A DNA stretch of 64,000 nt from Mytilus trossulus (taxonomy: Eukaryota), in contig NC_086385.1 of NCBI RefSeq assembly GCF_036588685.1, forward strand, positions 32,821,216 to 32,885,215, given 5' to 3'. This document shows positions 11,993-26,479 of the stretch, one piece after another. The position numbers and the translations under genes were made by a program. Every line of letters begins with the position of its first letter. The first letter of the stretch is position 1. The notes below the pieces were generated by a model. It was not told the origin of the DNA. It saw nothing but the letters and a program-made list of their open reading frames with translations, and did not search any database.

Positions 11993-13289
11993 TATCTATA
12001 AATAATTGAATAGGATTGGTAGTTAGATTTTCCCCTTGGTTTACACACCGATAAACCATGTTGCCAATTACAATTGTTTTTTTTCTTATTCTACGTGATT
12101 TGTCCACATTTTTTACACGTTAAGATCACTTACAATATCTCGTTGAGGGCTCCGTAGGTGCATGGATGGCCTGTTGCAATGGTACATTTCTGTCTATATC
12201 CATATGTACATGTATCCTTATTTGCACGCGTACATGGCGTACCAAATTTCCTAAATTTTCATTCCGGACAGCCTCTATTACAGGACCTACATATTGTATT
12301 TGTTGGTAATTAGTTCTCGTCTTGAATATGTATACATGAAATATTTGCCACTGGATTTTTTTTTAACAACCAAATATGAATCGGTCTATACATATATGAT
12401 ATTGTAGGTCCATATTGTTAGATTTTAACGTTTCTAGAGAATATTTTTTCTTGTAAGTATTCGGCGATATAAAAGGTTGAAAGAAAACACTATGGACGAA
12501 GTCTTATATTATACATCGTAGAACTTCCTAGTATGTAATTCATTCATAGATATAAGAAGATGCGATATGAGTGTCAATGAGACAACTTTCTATCCAAGTC
12601 ACAATCTGTCAAAGTAGACCATTAAAGGTCAAAGTACGGCCTTCAACATTGAAGTCTTAGCTCACATCAAATGTACTCGTTATCCTTGGGTTACTAAGAT
12701 ATATAAATGAAAACTAACAATCTAATTAAAATATTGATCTCTGATTACGTTATACTACATATGAGTAGTATAACGTGATCTCTGAGAGATTGGAAAACTA
12801 AAATAAAGACAAAAACATCAGAATTGTGTGTTTTGTAGAGAATGAAAATCAAATAATCTTTTTAGAGGGTCTATTGGGTATGTATTAAAATAGAGAATAC
12901 TGTGAAAATTTAACAGAAAATGGACCCCAAATAATAAAGTATAGACTGGGACAATTGACATACAAATTAAAGAACACAGAATTGAAAGACCTTATCAAGG
13001 TCGTCTTTTATAGTCAAAAAGTTAATTCAGTCTTATTCAAACTTATTTTCTGTTTATAGGTGATATTCATTTACTGCAACTGTCATTCTTGCTTTTCTCT
13101 GACTGTTTATGAAGACTTTACACAAAATCCATTGGATTTTGGATGTGTACTGATGGAAAATTTAATCAAGAGAGCATGTACGAGCTTTTTTCTTTTAATA
13201 ATTGTTGCTATGTTACATATTTGTTTAGGTGCCATTTTTTTCTATTAGTTGTTATTGACTATGAAATAGCTGTCAGTAAAAGTGGCTAA

Positions 13290-14960
13290 ATAGGAAAACA
13301 TACGAATAACAGTACACAAGACACAACATAAAAATAAGGACTACGCAACACAAACCCTACTAAAAACGGGGTGGTCCCAGCTGCTCCGGAAAGGTAAGCA
13401 GATCCTGCTCCACATGTGATACCCGTCGTGCTACAAACCCGGTAAATAGTCTTGTTCGGTAAGTCACATTCGTAAATAGTGAAGTTACGACACAAGGAAC
13501 ATCTCCGATAGCATCTGTGAAACTGATACTTAGTACTCCATAACGGTCAACCAACTCGCTATGGCGTCCGTACAATTTACGAAGAGATGATTTCAAATTT
13601 AACATTCGGAACTCTTGGTTTAAAAACTTCCTTTTAAGTATCAACCCGCTATCAAGGAAACTGGGATAAGAAGGCAAGCCCGAGAATATCGTATCAATTG
13701 TGAGATACATGTATATAATATTCCGTATGCAGGTGTATGCTGGAATGTTGCTATATAGCAATGGAAAGTTCACAATTAGAAAGCTGAAATCATCTGTTTT
13801 ATCGTAAAGTTTTGTTTTCAAGCAACCCTTATTGTCAATTTCTAGATGTAAGTCAAGATAAAGGGCAGGTTTTACTGTATCTGTTGTATCCTTTACCTCT
13901 AGTGTGATGGAATCGATGCGTACAACATAGTCACCCAGTGTTTTATCATTTAGTCAGAGATCATCTATATATCGGAATGTAAGGTTAAAGAATAAAGCTT
14001 ACTTCTTTTCTTTCTTTTTAGAAGTTCATGTTTGAAGTCAGCCTAATAAGAATAAAGAAACAAATCGGCTAGAAGAAGGGCACAGTTGTTTCCCATTGGA
14101 ATGCCGATGGTTTGTTGAAAAAAAAACGTCCTCCAAACATTTTACTAGTATCACGCATTTTGATAATGTCAGTTTTAGAGAATTTTTTGTTTGAATCAGT
14201 GTGAATTTTTACAAAGTAGGATGTATCCCTTCCTAATATAAAAAGAAGATGTTATATGATTGCCAATGAGACAACTCTCCACAAGAGACCGAAATGACAC
14301 AGACATTAACAACTATAGGTCACGATACTTGTATCTACGTTTGTTGTTCTATGTAAGAAACAAAGCAATACCAACTCTTAAGCCTCAGTTTCAGAAACTA
14401 GAGGACTATTGGTAATCTCATTGTTCGTACACCTAAATGAACATAACATTACGTCATTGGTTGCATTTCATTTGTTTAGAACGTTTTTAACCAATCACAA
14501 CGTTGTGATGTACGCTTTTCCATATATTACCCATAGTGCATTATATTTTGAAACGGCGAATTTGTCATTTAGTATGGAATGGGAATACTTGTGTAAAGTG
14601 TGAAATGTAAAAATACTTTTGCAAGATGAAAGAGTCCGGCTTAGATTGTATGTATCTTTGGATTTTTTTAGTATCCACATCTGATTTATACCATCCTCTA
14701 TAATAGGCAGTTTCACAATAAGTTTTAAGCCCGGCTTTGATTTCTGTTAAAATTGATGCTTAGAAAGAGATTTCGTCGAACACTTACATGTAGAAGACTC
14801 AGCAATATAGCTTTGTTTGCAAGGACACTTATGAAATAAAGATACCCAATAAGTGATGGAAGATCCATGCAGTTCATCTTTGGTTGTCGAACTTGAAATT
14901 TTAAAGGCACATAGAACAGTATGTCTGCTATTGCCACGAATACAAATAAAACAAATCATC
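13290..14960 (-). mobile_element. Penelope-like retroelement RT, degenerate, with nested insertions
   Basis: Frameshifted motifs NQMWILK, GIPMGNNCALLLADLFL, FRYIDD, KLYDKTDDFSFLIVNFP, LRKLYGRH. Insertions at about 14235-14325 and 14380-14545. Confidence 0.85.
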
Positions 14961-15261
14961 CTTAACCATTCAACTACTGGATATTATATCTATGGAAAAT
15001 ACTGATTACTAGTACATACACCTGTACATATATGACACAAAGAGTAAGCTTGATTTGTCAGAAAGCAATGAAAGGGTAACATTTAAGTTTTTTAAAAGTC
15101 AAAACTTTTTTAATCGATTTATCATTATGAGTTTCTACTGACTCTAATTATTTTTTTTAATGTTATCGTTAATAATGAAAAAGTAATTAGTTTCTAATGT
15201 ATTTTAAATGTATTTTTGGTGTTTAATAGACTTACAAAAATGTATATAAATATAATCTTCG

Positions 15262-15902
15262 TTTTTCGTAATTTGACATTGTTGTTAGTATTTTCGTTAT
15301 TTGACATTGTCGTTAGTTTTTTTTCGTAATTTGACATTGTTGTTAGTTTTTTTTCGTAATTTGACATTGTTGTTAGTTTTTTTCGTAATTTGACACTGTT
15401 GTTAGTTTTTTCGTAATTTTACATTGTTGTTAGTATTTTCGTAATTTGACATTGTTGTTAGTTTTTTTGTAATTTAACATTGTTGTTATTTTTTTCGTAT
15501 TTTGACATTGTTGTTATTTTTTTCGTAATTTGACATTGTTGTTAGTTTTTTCGTAATTTGACATTGTTGTTAGTTTTTTCGTAATTTGACATTGTTGTTA
15601 GTATTTTCGTAATTTGACATTGTTGTTAGTTTTTTTTCGTAATTTGACATTGTTGTTAGTATTTTCGTAATTTGACATTGTTGTTATTTTTTTTCGTAAT
15701 TTGACATTGTTGTTATTTTTTTTCGTAATTTGACATTGTTGTTATTTTTTTTCGTAATTCGACATTGTTGTTAGTTTTTTCGTAATTTGACATTGTTGTT
15801 ATTTTTTTCGTAATTTGACATTGTTGTTTTTTTTTTCGTAGTTTGACATTGTTGTTAGTTTTTTCGTAATTTGACATTGTTGTCATTTTTTTCGTAATTT
15901 GA
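15262..15902 (+). repeat. Minisatellite, about 31-33 bp unit
   Basis: ttttcgtaatttgacattgttgttagt repeated about 20 times. Confidence 0.95.
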
Positions 15903-17176
15903 GATTTGAAAGTCCCTTTTGTAACTCCAGCCTCTTTTTCGTGTGCTTCTTTAAATGTGTTTCTTATATTCCAGAGTTTAAGGAGGAGGATGATATACTT
16001 CGATGTATAGTTTGTTAATGCGGGTCTAGATTCGTTGTCCTTCATTTCTCTTTTCTTAAAGGTGCACTGCATGGCTACGAAATATTAAAAAAAATCAAAA
16101 AATGTTTTTTTTTATGTTTTATTATTAATAAAAGAGAAATAATGAAATAATAATTCGCTTTAAGCAGCCAGTATGGTTATGTTTTTTTTCAAAATAAAAT
16201 AAGAAACGACGATGATGAATCATTCATTTGCAAGTTATTCGACTTCGTTGAATCCATATATGCATATCAACTTCAATCAATCCCTTAACTAATTCTGTCT
16301 TATTTTTATTCAAAACTTCTGCCCTGTCTTTTTTCCCAAATTTCATCCTATATTGAACGAATCAAGCTTGAATTTATTTATTAATTTTACTTATACAAAA
16401 ATTTCATAAGATTCTGAGTTTCGGGTGGCATCTTAATACTATATTTCGCTCTCAATTATTTCTATCGCCCGGGATATCTGGGTATTTCTTGACCGTATAA
16501 AGTTTATTTGACCTTTGATCAATAAATCAAAATTTTGGTAAACTTAAACGTATTCTACTTATCTAAATAAGCCTATCAATATACAGTTCAGTAACACTTA
16601 ATCAGGAAAATTACATCTTAGCAGTAAATTGAGGAAGTTTCCAATCCGATTTTTCACCCACACCGGAAATCTGCTCTTTATTGATTGTAATTACACGTGG
16701 TTCTCTAATCATTGAAGTACCACGATAACGAAATACTTCTTCTTTCTTCTTCTTTAGTTTAAAAAACCCATTAACATACTGATGTTTACTTTCCGGCGCA
16801 TGCCTGGTATAATTTTGCAAATTTATGTATTTATAAATATAGTTTAACATGTATATGTATTCCATATTTTTGTACTTGTACATGTACATACATACATTTT
16901 TCCTCCCGAAGTAAACGCAAAATGGTTAACTGGATTTAGGAGAGAAAAAAAGACGTGCCTCTGAATTATTACTCAGTTGATTAATTTCAACGATATGTGC
17001 TCTGGGGCTATTATACTAGTAGTTAATATAATAATTCCAGATTTGCTACATTTTATATCGTGGGAAACAGCTTCTCTAATCGGCGATCCTCGGGTAAATC
17101 CGCTACTCTTCGAGTATATATATTTGCGAAAGCAAATTTACAGATCTAACATTGTTTGGTTGATGTTTAGACGAGT

Positions 17177-17178
<2 letters not shown>

Positions 17179-17231
<53 letters not shown>
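17179..17231 (+). repeat. (TA)n(GA)n compound microsatellite
   Basis: Seen directly. Confidence 0.95.
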
Positions 17232-17236
<5 letters not shown>

Positions 17237-18069
17237 AGGCCGAGTTGTGACAAATGCAACTTTTCTATTGATAGATTAAGTAAGACTATCCCCCCCCCCC
17301 CCCAAGAGTCCCGCTCACCTACACCAGGAACACTGATAATCCTTTTGAATTAAGATTGCAGTCTAACACTCGCAACCTTCGAGTTGATTATCTGTATTGT
17401 CTGTGGTCAATCATCTTTGACCAAGCGGCCACAGAGGCCTTATTACGAGGGTCTGGGTCTGGATTGGGTCTTTCATTTCAATAGTCTTCAACTTTAAGAT
17501 CAATGTTTTTTCTCAGTCTTCATAAATTTTGCCTGTTATTCCCTATTCTTTATCTTGAAACACCCCTTTATTTGCTATTCTATTTTTTTCTCTATTCATT
17601 ATAATTTGGCTTTGCACTTAATTTTGATTATTTTTTTTATTATATTTCATTATACTAGAATTTTTATTTTTTTTGCGCTATAAACCCCCCTCCCCACAAT
17701 TCTCTTTCCATAGATCTATTCATTTCATATTATTTTTCATTGTGTTTGCATTATGTTCAGTTTTCAGTGGCAAATATGCCATGTTTTCTTAAAAAATAAA
17801 CTCTACGAATCTGAAAAAAACTCTCTACTCTACAACTGCAGTTCATTCAATCTTTGTAAATTATGATTTTTTACGGATGAATTACAGTCCTAGCTTTGGG
17901 ATCCGATTTGTATTATGACTTACTTTCTAAGAGTTATATGGTTGTATATAGTTTAAAAAAAGCAACGCATATTTTACTTATCATATAATTAAATGATGCA
18001 GTTTTTTTAGTGTTGGTATAAAAAAATGTTTTTTTGATTATCCTGAATGCATTGTATGAAGTGACAGGA

Positions 18070-18335
18070 TGCAGCCATTTCGCGTTTTCTCTTCTTTTTT
18101 TTCAAGCGAAATCGGGAAATTGGGAAATTGGGAAATCGGGAAATCGGGAAATCGAAAAATGAAGAAGTCAACAAAGCAAAATGGGAAATAGATTTCTCGA
18201 TTTCGCGTTTTCGCGCTTTCTCGCATTCTCGCGATTTCTCAATTTCTCGATTTTTTGATTTCCCGATTTCCCGATTTTTTTATTTCTGGTTTTCGCGAGT
18301 GCAAAGTGAAAGAAGTCAACGCAAAATCGGGACAC
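18070..18335. repeat. Inverted aaatcggg/cccgattt 8-mer arrays (MITE-like)
   Basis: gaaatcgg units at 18108-18155 mirrored by cgatttc units at 18195-18280. Confidence 0.65.
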
Positions 18336-18355
18336 TTAATATATGATTCAATAGA

Positions 18356-19917
18356 TTTGAACAAGTGAGGTGACCCCAGTGCATATCTTATCAAATTTGA
18401 CTTTTTTTCCGTGTTACGGACGAAAAATTCGGCCTTTAAGAATACTTACCCCAGAAATTCTTTACCCTCACGTTGTAGTACTGTCCAAAAACTACTCATG
18501 AGAGCAGCTGCTGTAATGCCTAGCCATAAAGAACTACCGAAACAATGGGCCGGAAAGTGGGCGCCCCAAATGCGTATTTTATCGAATTAAGGCTTATTTC
18601 CGTATTTCGGACGCAATTTTCGTCCTTTAGGAATGCTTACCCAATAAATTATTTGCCCCCTCGTTGTAGTACTATCCAATAGCTATTTGTAACAGCAGAG
18701 TGTATAATCCCTAGCCATAAAGAACTGCCGGGGCAATGGGTTTGAACAAGTGAGGTGACCCCAGTGCATATCTTATCAAATTTTACTTTTTTTCCGTGTT
18801 ACGGACGAAAAATTCGGCCTTTAAGAATACTTACCCCAGAATTTTTTTACCCTCACGTTGTAGTACTGTCCAAAAGCTACTCATGAGAGCATCTGCTGTA
18901 ATGCCTAGCCATAAAGAACTACCGAAACAATGGGCCGGAAAGTGGGCGCCCCCAATGCGTATTTTATCGAATAAAGGCTTATTTCCGTTTTTCGGACGCA
19001 ATTTTCGTCCTTTAGGAATGCTTACCCAATAAATTATTTGCCCCCTCGTTGTAGTACTATCCAATAGCTATTTGTTACAGCAGAGTGTATTATCCCTAGC
19101 CATAAAGAACTGCCGGGGCAATGGGTTTGAACAAGTGAGGTGACCCCAGTGCATATCTTATCAAATTTGACTTTTTTTCCGTGTTACGGACGGAATATTC
19201 GGCCGTTAAGAATACTTACCCCAGAAATTCTTTACCCTCACGTTGTAGTACTGTCCAAAAGCTATTCATAAGAGCAGCTGGTGTAATACCTAGCCATAAA
19301 GAACTACCGAAACAATGGGTCGGAAAGTGGGCGCCCCCAATGCGTATTTTATCGAATAAAGGCTTATTTTCGTATTTCGGACGCAATTTTCGTCCTTTAG
19401 GAATGCTTACCCCAGAAATTCTTTGCTCCCTCCTTGTAGTACTATCCAATGGCTATTTGTTAGAGCAGAGTGTATAATCCCTGGCCATAAAGAACTGTCG
19501 GGGCAATGGGTTCGAACAAGTGAGGTGACCCCAGTGTATATCTTGTCAAATTTTACTTTTTTTCCGTGTTACGGACGAAAAATTCGGCCTTTAAGAATAC
19601 TTACCCCAGAAATTCTTTACCCTCACGTTGTAGTACTGTCCAAAAGCTATTCATAAGAGCAGCTGGTGTAATGCCTAGCCATAAAGAACTACCGAGACAA
19701 TGGGTCGGAAAGTGGGCGCCCCCAATGCGTATTTTATCGAATTAAGGCTTATTTCCGTATTTCGGACGCAATTTTCGTCCTTTAGGAATGCTCACCCCAG
19801 AAATTCTTTGCCCCCGCGTTGTAGTACTATCCAATAGCTATTTGTTAGAGCAGAGTGTATAATCCCTAGCCATAAAGAACTGCCGGGACAATGGGTTTGA
19901 ACAAGTAAGGTGACCCT
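18356..19917 (+). repeat. 385-bp dimeric tandem repeat, 4 copies
   Basis: tt(t/c)gaacaagt(g/a)aggtgaccc starts at 18356, 18741, 19126, 19511 and 19896. Each unit is two diverged subunits of about 190 bp. Confidence 0.95.
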
Positions 19918-20438
19918 GTTTAAAAAGTTGTGTTGTGGGTACTAGTTTAGTATATCATGACAAGTTTATTTTACATCAACATTCTATTCTTGGTCGTTAA
20001 TATGAGTTTTGAAAACCATAAATGTGGATTAAACATGCGTTCATCACATCTGAACTTAACAGATAATTGAATTGTCATCATGATATTATGGTAAATGCTA
20101 ATTACAAAACTGTAAATATGTATTGAGTTAGAAATTTGCAAATTTAATTTTTGTTAATTGGATATAAAACTTTATTTATTTTCTATAAAAATCTTGCAGT
20201 GAACAAAAAAGTAAAAAACTATGAAAGGGAAAAAAATTGTCGCTCAAGTAGTTTACCAAACGCAATTGCAGGATGACGAATTGCAGGATAGATTTTTATA
20301 AACAGAATTGCAGGATAGCTTGACACTAGTGAAATTGTCCTAGGTTAAGATAGTACCTGGGAAATCCACTAATAAAAATAAGTGTACCAATTTATGATTG
20401 ACCCTTGTGGAAATTTTATTTGTGGTCAGCATAAGTTG

Positions 20439-23400
20439 TAGTCTCGATAACCCAGACGCATATTTAAATATAGCGTCTGGGGTGATTAACCGGACTGGTC
20501 AGATATTTATAGGGGGCGTAACAAATAATTAAATATAGAACATATCTATAAATAGCACTTCCGGTATCCCCATTCTATTTAAAAATAATTAATACAAAGT
20601 AACGTTACATGTTAAAAGAACGATCGAAAACTGTAATTGATAGCGGTGGTCTTTTTTCCTGAATTTTGTGACACATGTAAAGAGAAAATAATTAAAAATT
20701 AAGACAGAATTTTTTTTCGTGGGAAAAATTTGGCTGATTATATAAAGAAACAATGTAGCATGACTGTAGAGTGCCCTCATTATAACAAGGTCTGGATCAG
20801 CCACTGTTTGTGTATAGGGGGTATGCGCTAAGAGAGCCCAGGGATCCGTATAGGTGGACCGTTGTACATAAAGCCATACAATATACCCTAATTTTCTGGT
20901 GAGTTATATTTTCTCCGACATGTATCCCGAACGGCCTATAATCTAGGACCTCATCTTTATATTTATTGTCATTTTTTCAGTCCTGAACATTTAATACCAA
21001 TATTTACCACAAGACGATAACCAAGCAACCCAAAATCAATCTTTTTTGTATATTATAACACACCACGTTTAATATCCTCTTATCTTCATACTTAAAATGT
21101 CATTTTTCTATATTTTTGTATTATAGCATACTCTCTATTCTATGAAATATTTGCCACTTGACGTTATAAGCAACCAACAGTCGGTATATTGATCTATATT
21201 TTATTCACATTAGTCTGAATTCTTTATTTTCCCCCTTTTTTCTTAGTTTTGTGTCGTTATTCTTAATATTTCTGTAAATCCTTGTTATAATTTATGCTTT
21301 CCTTTTTATATAATCTTTCAGATAACTGACGCACTTACCTTACTCGAAAAGCACACATCAAGTTGCGTTTATGGAAAGAAAAACAACTCATACAAATCAT
21401 GACTAAGATTTCAATGTAGAAAATCCTCCATAACAACTTATTACTGGCAGATCAGTGAGATCATACAATAAGCCAACTTTTCATTTACAAAATTAACTGA
21501 TCTTAAAATTGCAAACGACAGAATAGTCTGAATGTTTCACAATAATCTATATCGCTTAATCCTTTTGGGAAGAAAACATTTAGGGACCAATCTTCACACA
21601 ATACCACTTTGTCAGTCTCTGTGTCCATGAAGAAATACATAAGTTAACCAGTCATTCATGAAACCCAATTTAATACTCCTTGAAAACATGTTTGAATCAT
21701 TCACATGGAAAAGATGGAATGGGATGTGTCCTATACTGCAGAAAAAATAACTGAAAAGTGTATTCTCCTACTACAAACTATTATGCTGAGTTCACAAGTA
21801 ATACTTATTTGATTCCAATATCCATCATGTATTTAAGGGCAGCTTCATAAAAATTCTCCTGTACATGTGAACCTTTATATAAAATAAGGAGATTGGTATG
21901 GTTGCTGATGAGGCAACAACCTAGCAAAGTTCAAATGACATGGATGTTCGCAAATATAATCACTGCTCGACCTTCAATATTAAGAAAACTCCATACCATA
22001 TAAATAACTGAGAATGGCCATCATGTAACTGAGATACAATTCAAACGTGAAAACTGTTAAATTTCTTATATGATTTTTAATTTGTTTAATTTCTCTGACA
22101 TATCTGACAACAATGTGATTCTTGATTTTTGTTTTATTTACTTAATGAATGTCTGTGTACCTTTTTTCGCTTTATGGTTGCTGTCAGAATAATGTTTATA
22201 CTGTGATTATAATGATTGCTGGCAGCTTCAGTAATTCAAAACAAATCTTTGAATCTTATTTTTCCTTATAAAATTGAAGCTGTTTATGATACAATGAAAT
22301 TTCAAGTATTATAGATTTTTTTTTAATTCTTCACATTTTACACATAATATCTGTGTCAAGAAATCTTCATTGGTTTGTCTACAAAAGAAAGTAAATGTTA
22401 AAATTATATTAATTTTTGGTCACCAGCATAGCATATATGAAAAACAAAATGTTTGGAAAAAACATCATATATAAATATAAATTTTAAAATGTCTTGGTGC
22501 AAGCTGAATCTCGCTACGGCAGGCGAGATTATCTCGCAGTGTTGATGACACAACCCATGGGTGGCATTGGGTTGTTTCCTGTTCTTTTGTCGGGTTGATG
22601 TCTCTTTGACACATTCCCTGTTTGTATTCTCTATCAAAATCATGCATGAACTTTTATCATTATTGAAGGCCATACAGTTGCCTATAAGTGCTCACATCCA
22701 CCTTGTTTGAACTTGGGGTGGATAACTGTCTCATTGGTATTCATACCGCGTCTTCTTATTTGTATAATGTTGACCTTTTGGTACTTTTATTCTCATTTTT
22801 TGTTTAAGTCAACAGTATGTCTTCTTCATTATGTTGATGTCTACTTTTGGTAATGTATATCACTGGGATCAGTCACCGGTTATTGCCTCATTGAGACCTC
22901 CTTTCATTGATGCTGGATCTATTGTTTTGCATCAAATCGAATTTTCATTGTTTTTCTCATGCCATGGTTTTATTTTAAGGTTTAGAAAGCCAATTGGTAT
23001 ATATTCACCGACAACATTGCATGTATTCTTTTATGATTTTTTTTTAGTGTAGAAAAAATGTCTTTTAAAAGTGCAAAAAAAGTATTGTCCAGTTGACCAG
23101 TTCAGACTTTGTTTACTAACAGTATATCTAAATTACTTTTTATAACAACGTGTCCCACTTCTTCTATGTTTGTAGAAGCTAAATGCATTTGTTTTAAAAA
23201 AAATCGAGCACAAATCATTTTCACCGTTTGGTGTATGTTCAAATTGGCATCTTCTAGATATATTTTGTTTGGTTTTCTTCTGCTAATGGTTTTGGATTGC
23301 GTTCCCTCTTTTAAATGTGTACAACATTGCGCATCATTCCTTCCCTCCCTTTTTTTTAACACATATCAAAATGCGAACTCCATTATACAATGCAGACAGA

Positions 23401-24002
23401 TATAAAAAAACTTATCCTGGATGAAGTTCATATTTCATAGCACTTTTCAATAAAGTATTTATAAAGTTAAAGATACTACAAATCAACCACAAAATGTATT
23501 TATAGCGTACACACGACTGTTCGAGTGGTCCCAGTCAATACAAAAATTGCCATTTATTATATATTATTAACTTGCTTACGTAGCACGGACATGCATGAAA
23601 GAATATAACTACTCGGTGTTTCAGGTTGTATTAAAATTTATGTAACAGTTTGTGTTGTGTTATATCATGATTATATCTTACCAAAGTTTGATGTGCTGTT
23701 ATTTTCCTTGCGGTGATGGAAGCCATGCTGTCTGGTATTTTCCACGACTTGTATGTCGTCACAGAAAAATATAAATAGCTTTAAACAACAATCGGTACAC
23801 TCGGGCTTTTCAATAGTATTATCGTAATATAATTTCTTCCGAAGTCAATAACCAACTTCTTGGTTATTCGTCTTGGACATTATCTTTAAATACAAGCTAA
23901 AAATTCCGATACTATTCCGAATGTCATAAATTACCATTTTTATATCACTTGTCATCCAGACGCTCTACTTTGAAAAATAAAGCGGCTGGATGATCGAGAC
24001 TA
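20439..24002. mobile_element. Degenerate DNA transposon, Academ(H)-like, 9-bp TSD
   Basis: TIRs TAGTCTCGAT...CCAG(A/C)CGC at both ends and a perfect TSD CATAAGTTG (20430-20438, 24003-24011). Subterminal CCAGACGC...GCG(T/G)CTGG hairpins, decayed coding-like interior, nested repeats. Confidence 0.75.
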
Positions 24003-25264
24003 CATAAGTTGACCAGTAAAACTTACAACAATTTGAATTTAGTGATAAGAAAATTTTACATCTTTATTTAGACATCCTTTGATCAGTACGCCACAAAATA
24101 AATCCTATGTCATTTGGTCTTTTGTGAAGCATTGTCTCATTGATATGGCAAACATACCACACGTTTTTCATATTAATCATACATATGCATAACAAGACAA
24201 CTGAACTGCAAATAATATAAAACAATTCTCGAAATAAAAGTTATAACGATAAATGTAAACAGTTGAGTTAAGCTGATACCGAAAATAAAATGCTGCCCTT
24301 GAAATGGTAATTTTAAGGACATTTTGAAATTTTTGGTTATATACCCTGAATATTATTACAGATATAGAAAACTGTGCATATATTGCAATACTGTTCAGCA
24401 AATAAAGATATACAATTAAGTCAGCATGATCAAAATTGTCAATTGACCACTGATTGAGTTATTGCCATTAAAGTCATTTTTTTTAACTTTTTTTCGTAAA
24501 AATTTCTTTTCACAAAAATCTCTGAATCTACTGAGACAAATTTAACCAAAAAAGATCACAATCATCATTATGGTATTTATTTTAAAAGTGTGTTCGATGA
24601 CCACAACTTACATGGTAGACATGGCTACAAATAGAGCATAGCGGTAACGCAGTTTTTGGCTTATATCTTTGAATGAAACTAGGGAAAAGTATAATGGTTG
24701 CATTATTTCATGCATCAATTGTAATAAAAAAAAATATCAGGTGAGCGACACATTCTCAATGGCTCTCTCGTCAAACGATTTATACGTTAACGTGTTTAGA
24801 GCTAGACTGAACAAAAATGGCCATCTCAAGTGAAACAATTCAAGAGAGAATAAGTTCGATTGCGTGACCTATAAAGTATTGCGAAATCCAATGTGGAGAT
24901 TGACCTCTGTTGAACTTTATTTGAGGTCATTCCAATCTAATTAAAACCCGATCCCTAGTCGCTCCGTCACGACATATCTCAAGATGTGAGATTGGGTTTT
25001 AATCCGATTGTGGTCACCTGATAACTGAATTGACCAACAGACTTTACAACGATTTAAGATTAGGTAGACTATATTTATATGAAAATTCCCTTTGAAATAC
25101 TTTTATCAGCCTGACTTAGCTTATCAATGCTGTCATATCTTTATTAAATTACGAAAAGTTTACATGCTAACTTTGACATCCTTAACTTTGTAAAATTTAA
25201 CAACAGATATAAAAATCTATCATGATTAAGAAGGTCTGGCTGGATGTTACAAAATAGAGAATAA

Positions 25265-25542
25265 GGGAGCTACCATTTGATTGTTATGGGTTGGCTAGGA
25301 TGAAAAATTTTGTCCTGCATTTTTTTTAGCTGTTATCTCTGTCCTGCCTTTTTATTTTTCACTCTGTTCGGTCCTGCCCTTTTTTCCCCAGTTTATCCTG
25401 ACTTTTTTTTACCTAAATTGTCGTCCTGACTTTTTTTTTTGCAGGTGTCTCATTCTGCCTTTTTTTTCACTCAAAATTCCTGTCCTGCCTATTTTTTTCA
25501 AATTTCATCCTAGCCTCCAATAAAGATCAAATGGTAGCTCCC
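25265..25542. mobile_element. Harbinger/Tourist-like MITE GGGAGCTACCATTTG (also 32901-33178, 57133-57378, partial 53540-53606 and 56090-56163)
   Basis: Perfect TIR, TAA flanks, internal tcctgcc repeats. Confidence 0.8.
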
Positions 25543-26479
25543 TAACTGTTACAGGCAAAATAAATATAAGAAGATTGGATATGAGTGCCAATGAGACAAA
25601 GTCACAATTTCACTTCAAAAGGGGAGAGGTTGTTCTTTTTGAATTCCGAGTAAGAGTTTTCTTTTTCTAGTTTTTCGACGCTATCAATCAAATTATTTTA
25701 TTCACAATATAACATTATAAAAGTATGGGGAAAACCAGGATTCAGAATATATTTTTTGTCATTTGCTTGAAAACAATATTTTTTATCAAATTGGTAATCA
25801 TAACATTTTCTAGGGAAAACAATAACCACACCCCCGTAAAGTTAAATGGTCGTTCGTTAACCAATATAAAAATATGTGGTATGATTTTCAATGGTGCAAC
25901 TCTCCACAATATGCCAACATGACATAGGAATTACCAACTACAGGCCAACATGCGGCCTTCAACAATGAGCAAAGCCCATTCCGCATAGTTAGCTATAGAA
26001 ATCCACGAAATGGAAAATGTAAAACAATATTAATTCAAACGGGAAAAGTAGCAGCCTAATTTACGCACAAAAAATGAACACACTTGTATATGTAATACAG
26101 CAACAAATAATAACCACTGAATTACATGTGTACACTATTGCACAATTCCTTGTGCATGTTGAGTTGAAATCGAGACAGAGAAATATCTATTGTACCGTAT
26201 AGAAACAACCCCATTTTTTAAATTGCAATCGGGGACAGAGATTTTCAGATAATTGGGTTAACTTTTTTAAAATAAGGTTTTGTGAAACAACAATCGACAA
26301 ACATCGGGTGTCTCCGCTTCTCTCCGTCTATCCGTTTGATGGAAGTACGGAATCGACCGAGTTGTGACGAATGACTTTACTAGCAATCGGCAATACTCGG
26401 GTAAATCCGCTTCTCTCAATCGATCGATCTATCCGTAAGATGGAGGTACGGAATAGAACGAGTTGTGACGCATGGCGAA

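Noticed and set aside
15713-16072. 119-aa ORF
   Set aside because: It reads through the 32-bp minisatellite.
17300-17442. tRNA gene
   Set aside because: Only a decayed A-box-like head (GGCCTCTGTGGCCGCTTGG, minus strand) with no cloverleaf; more likely a tRNA-derived SINE remnant.
18796-19656. Repeated 77-98 aa ORFs on both strands
   Set aside because: They lie in a 385-bp tandem repeat (length not divisible by 3), with stops varying among copies.
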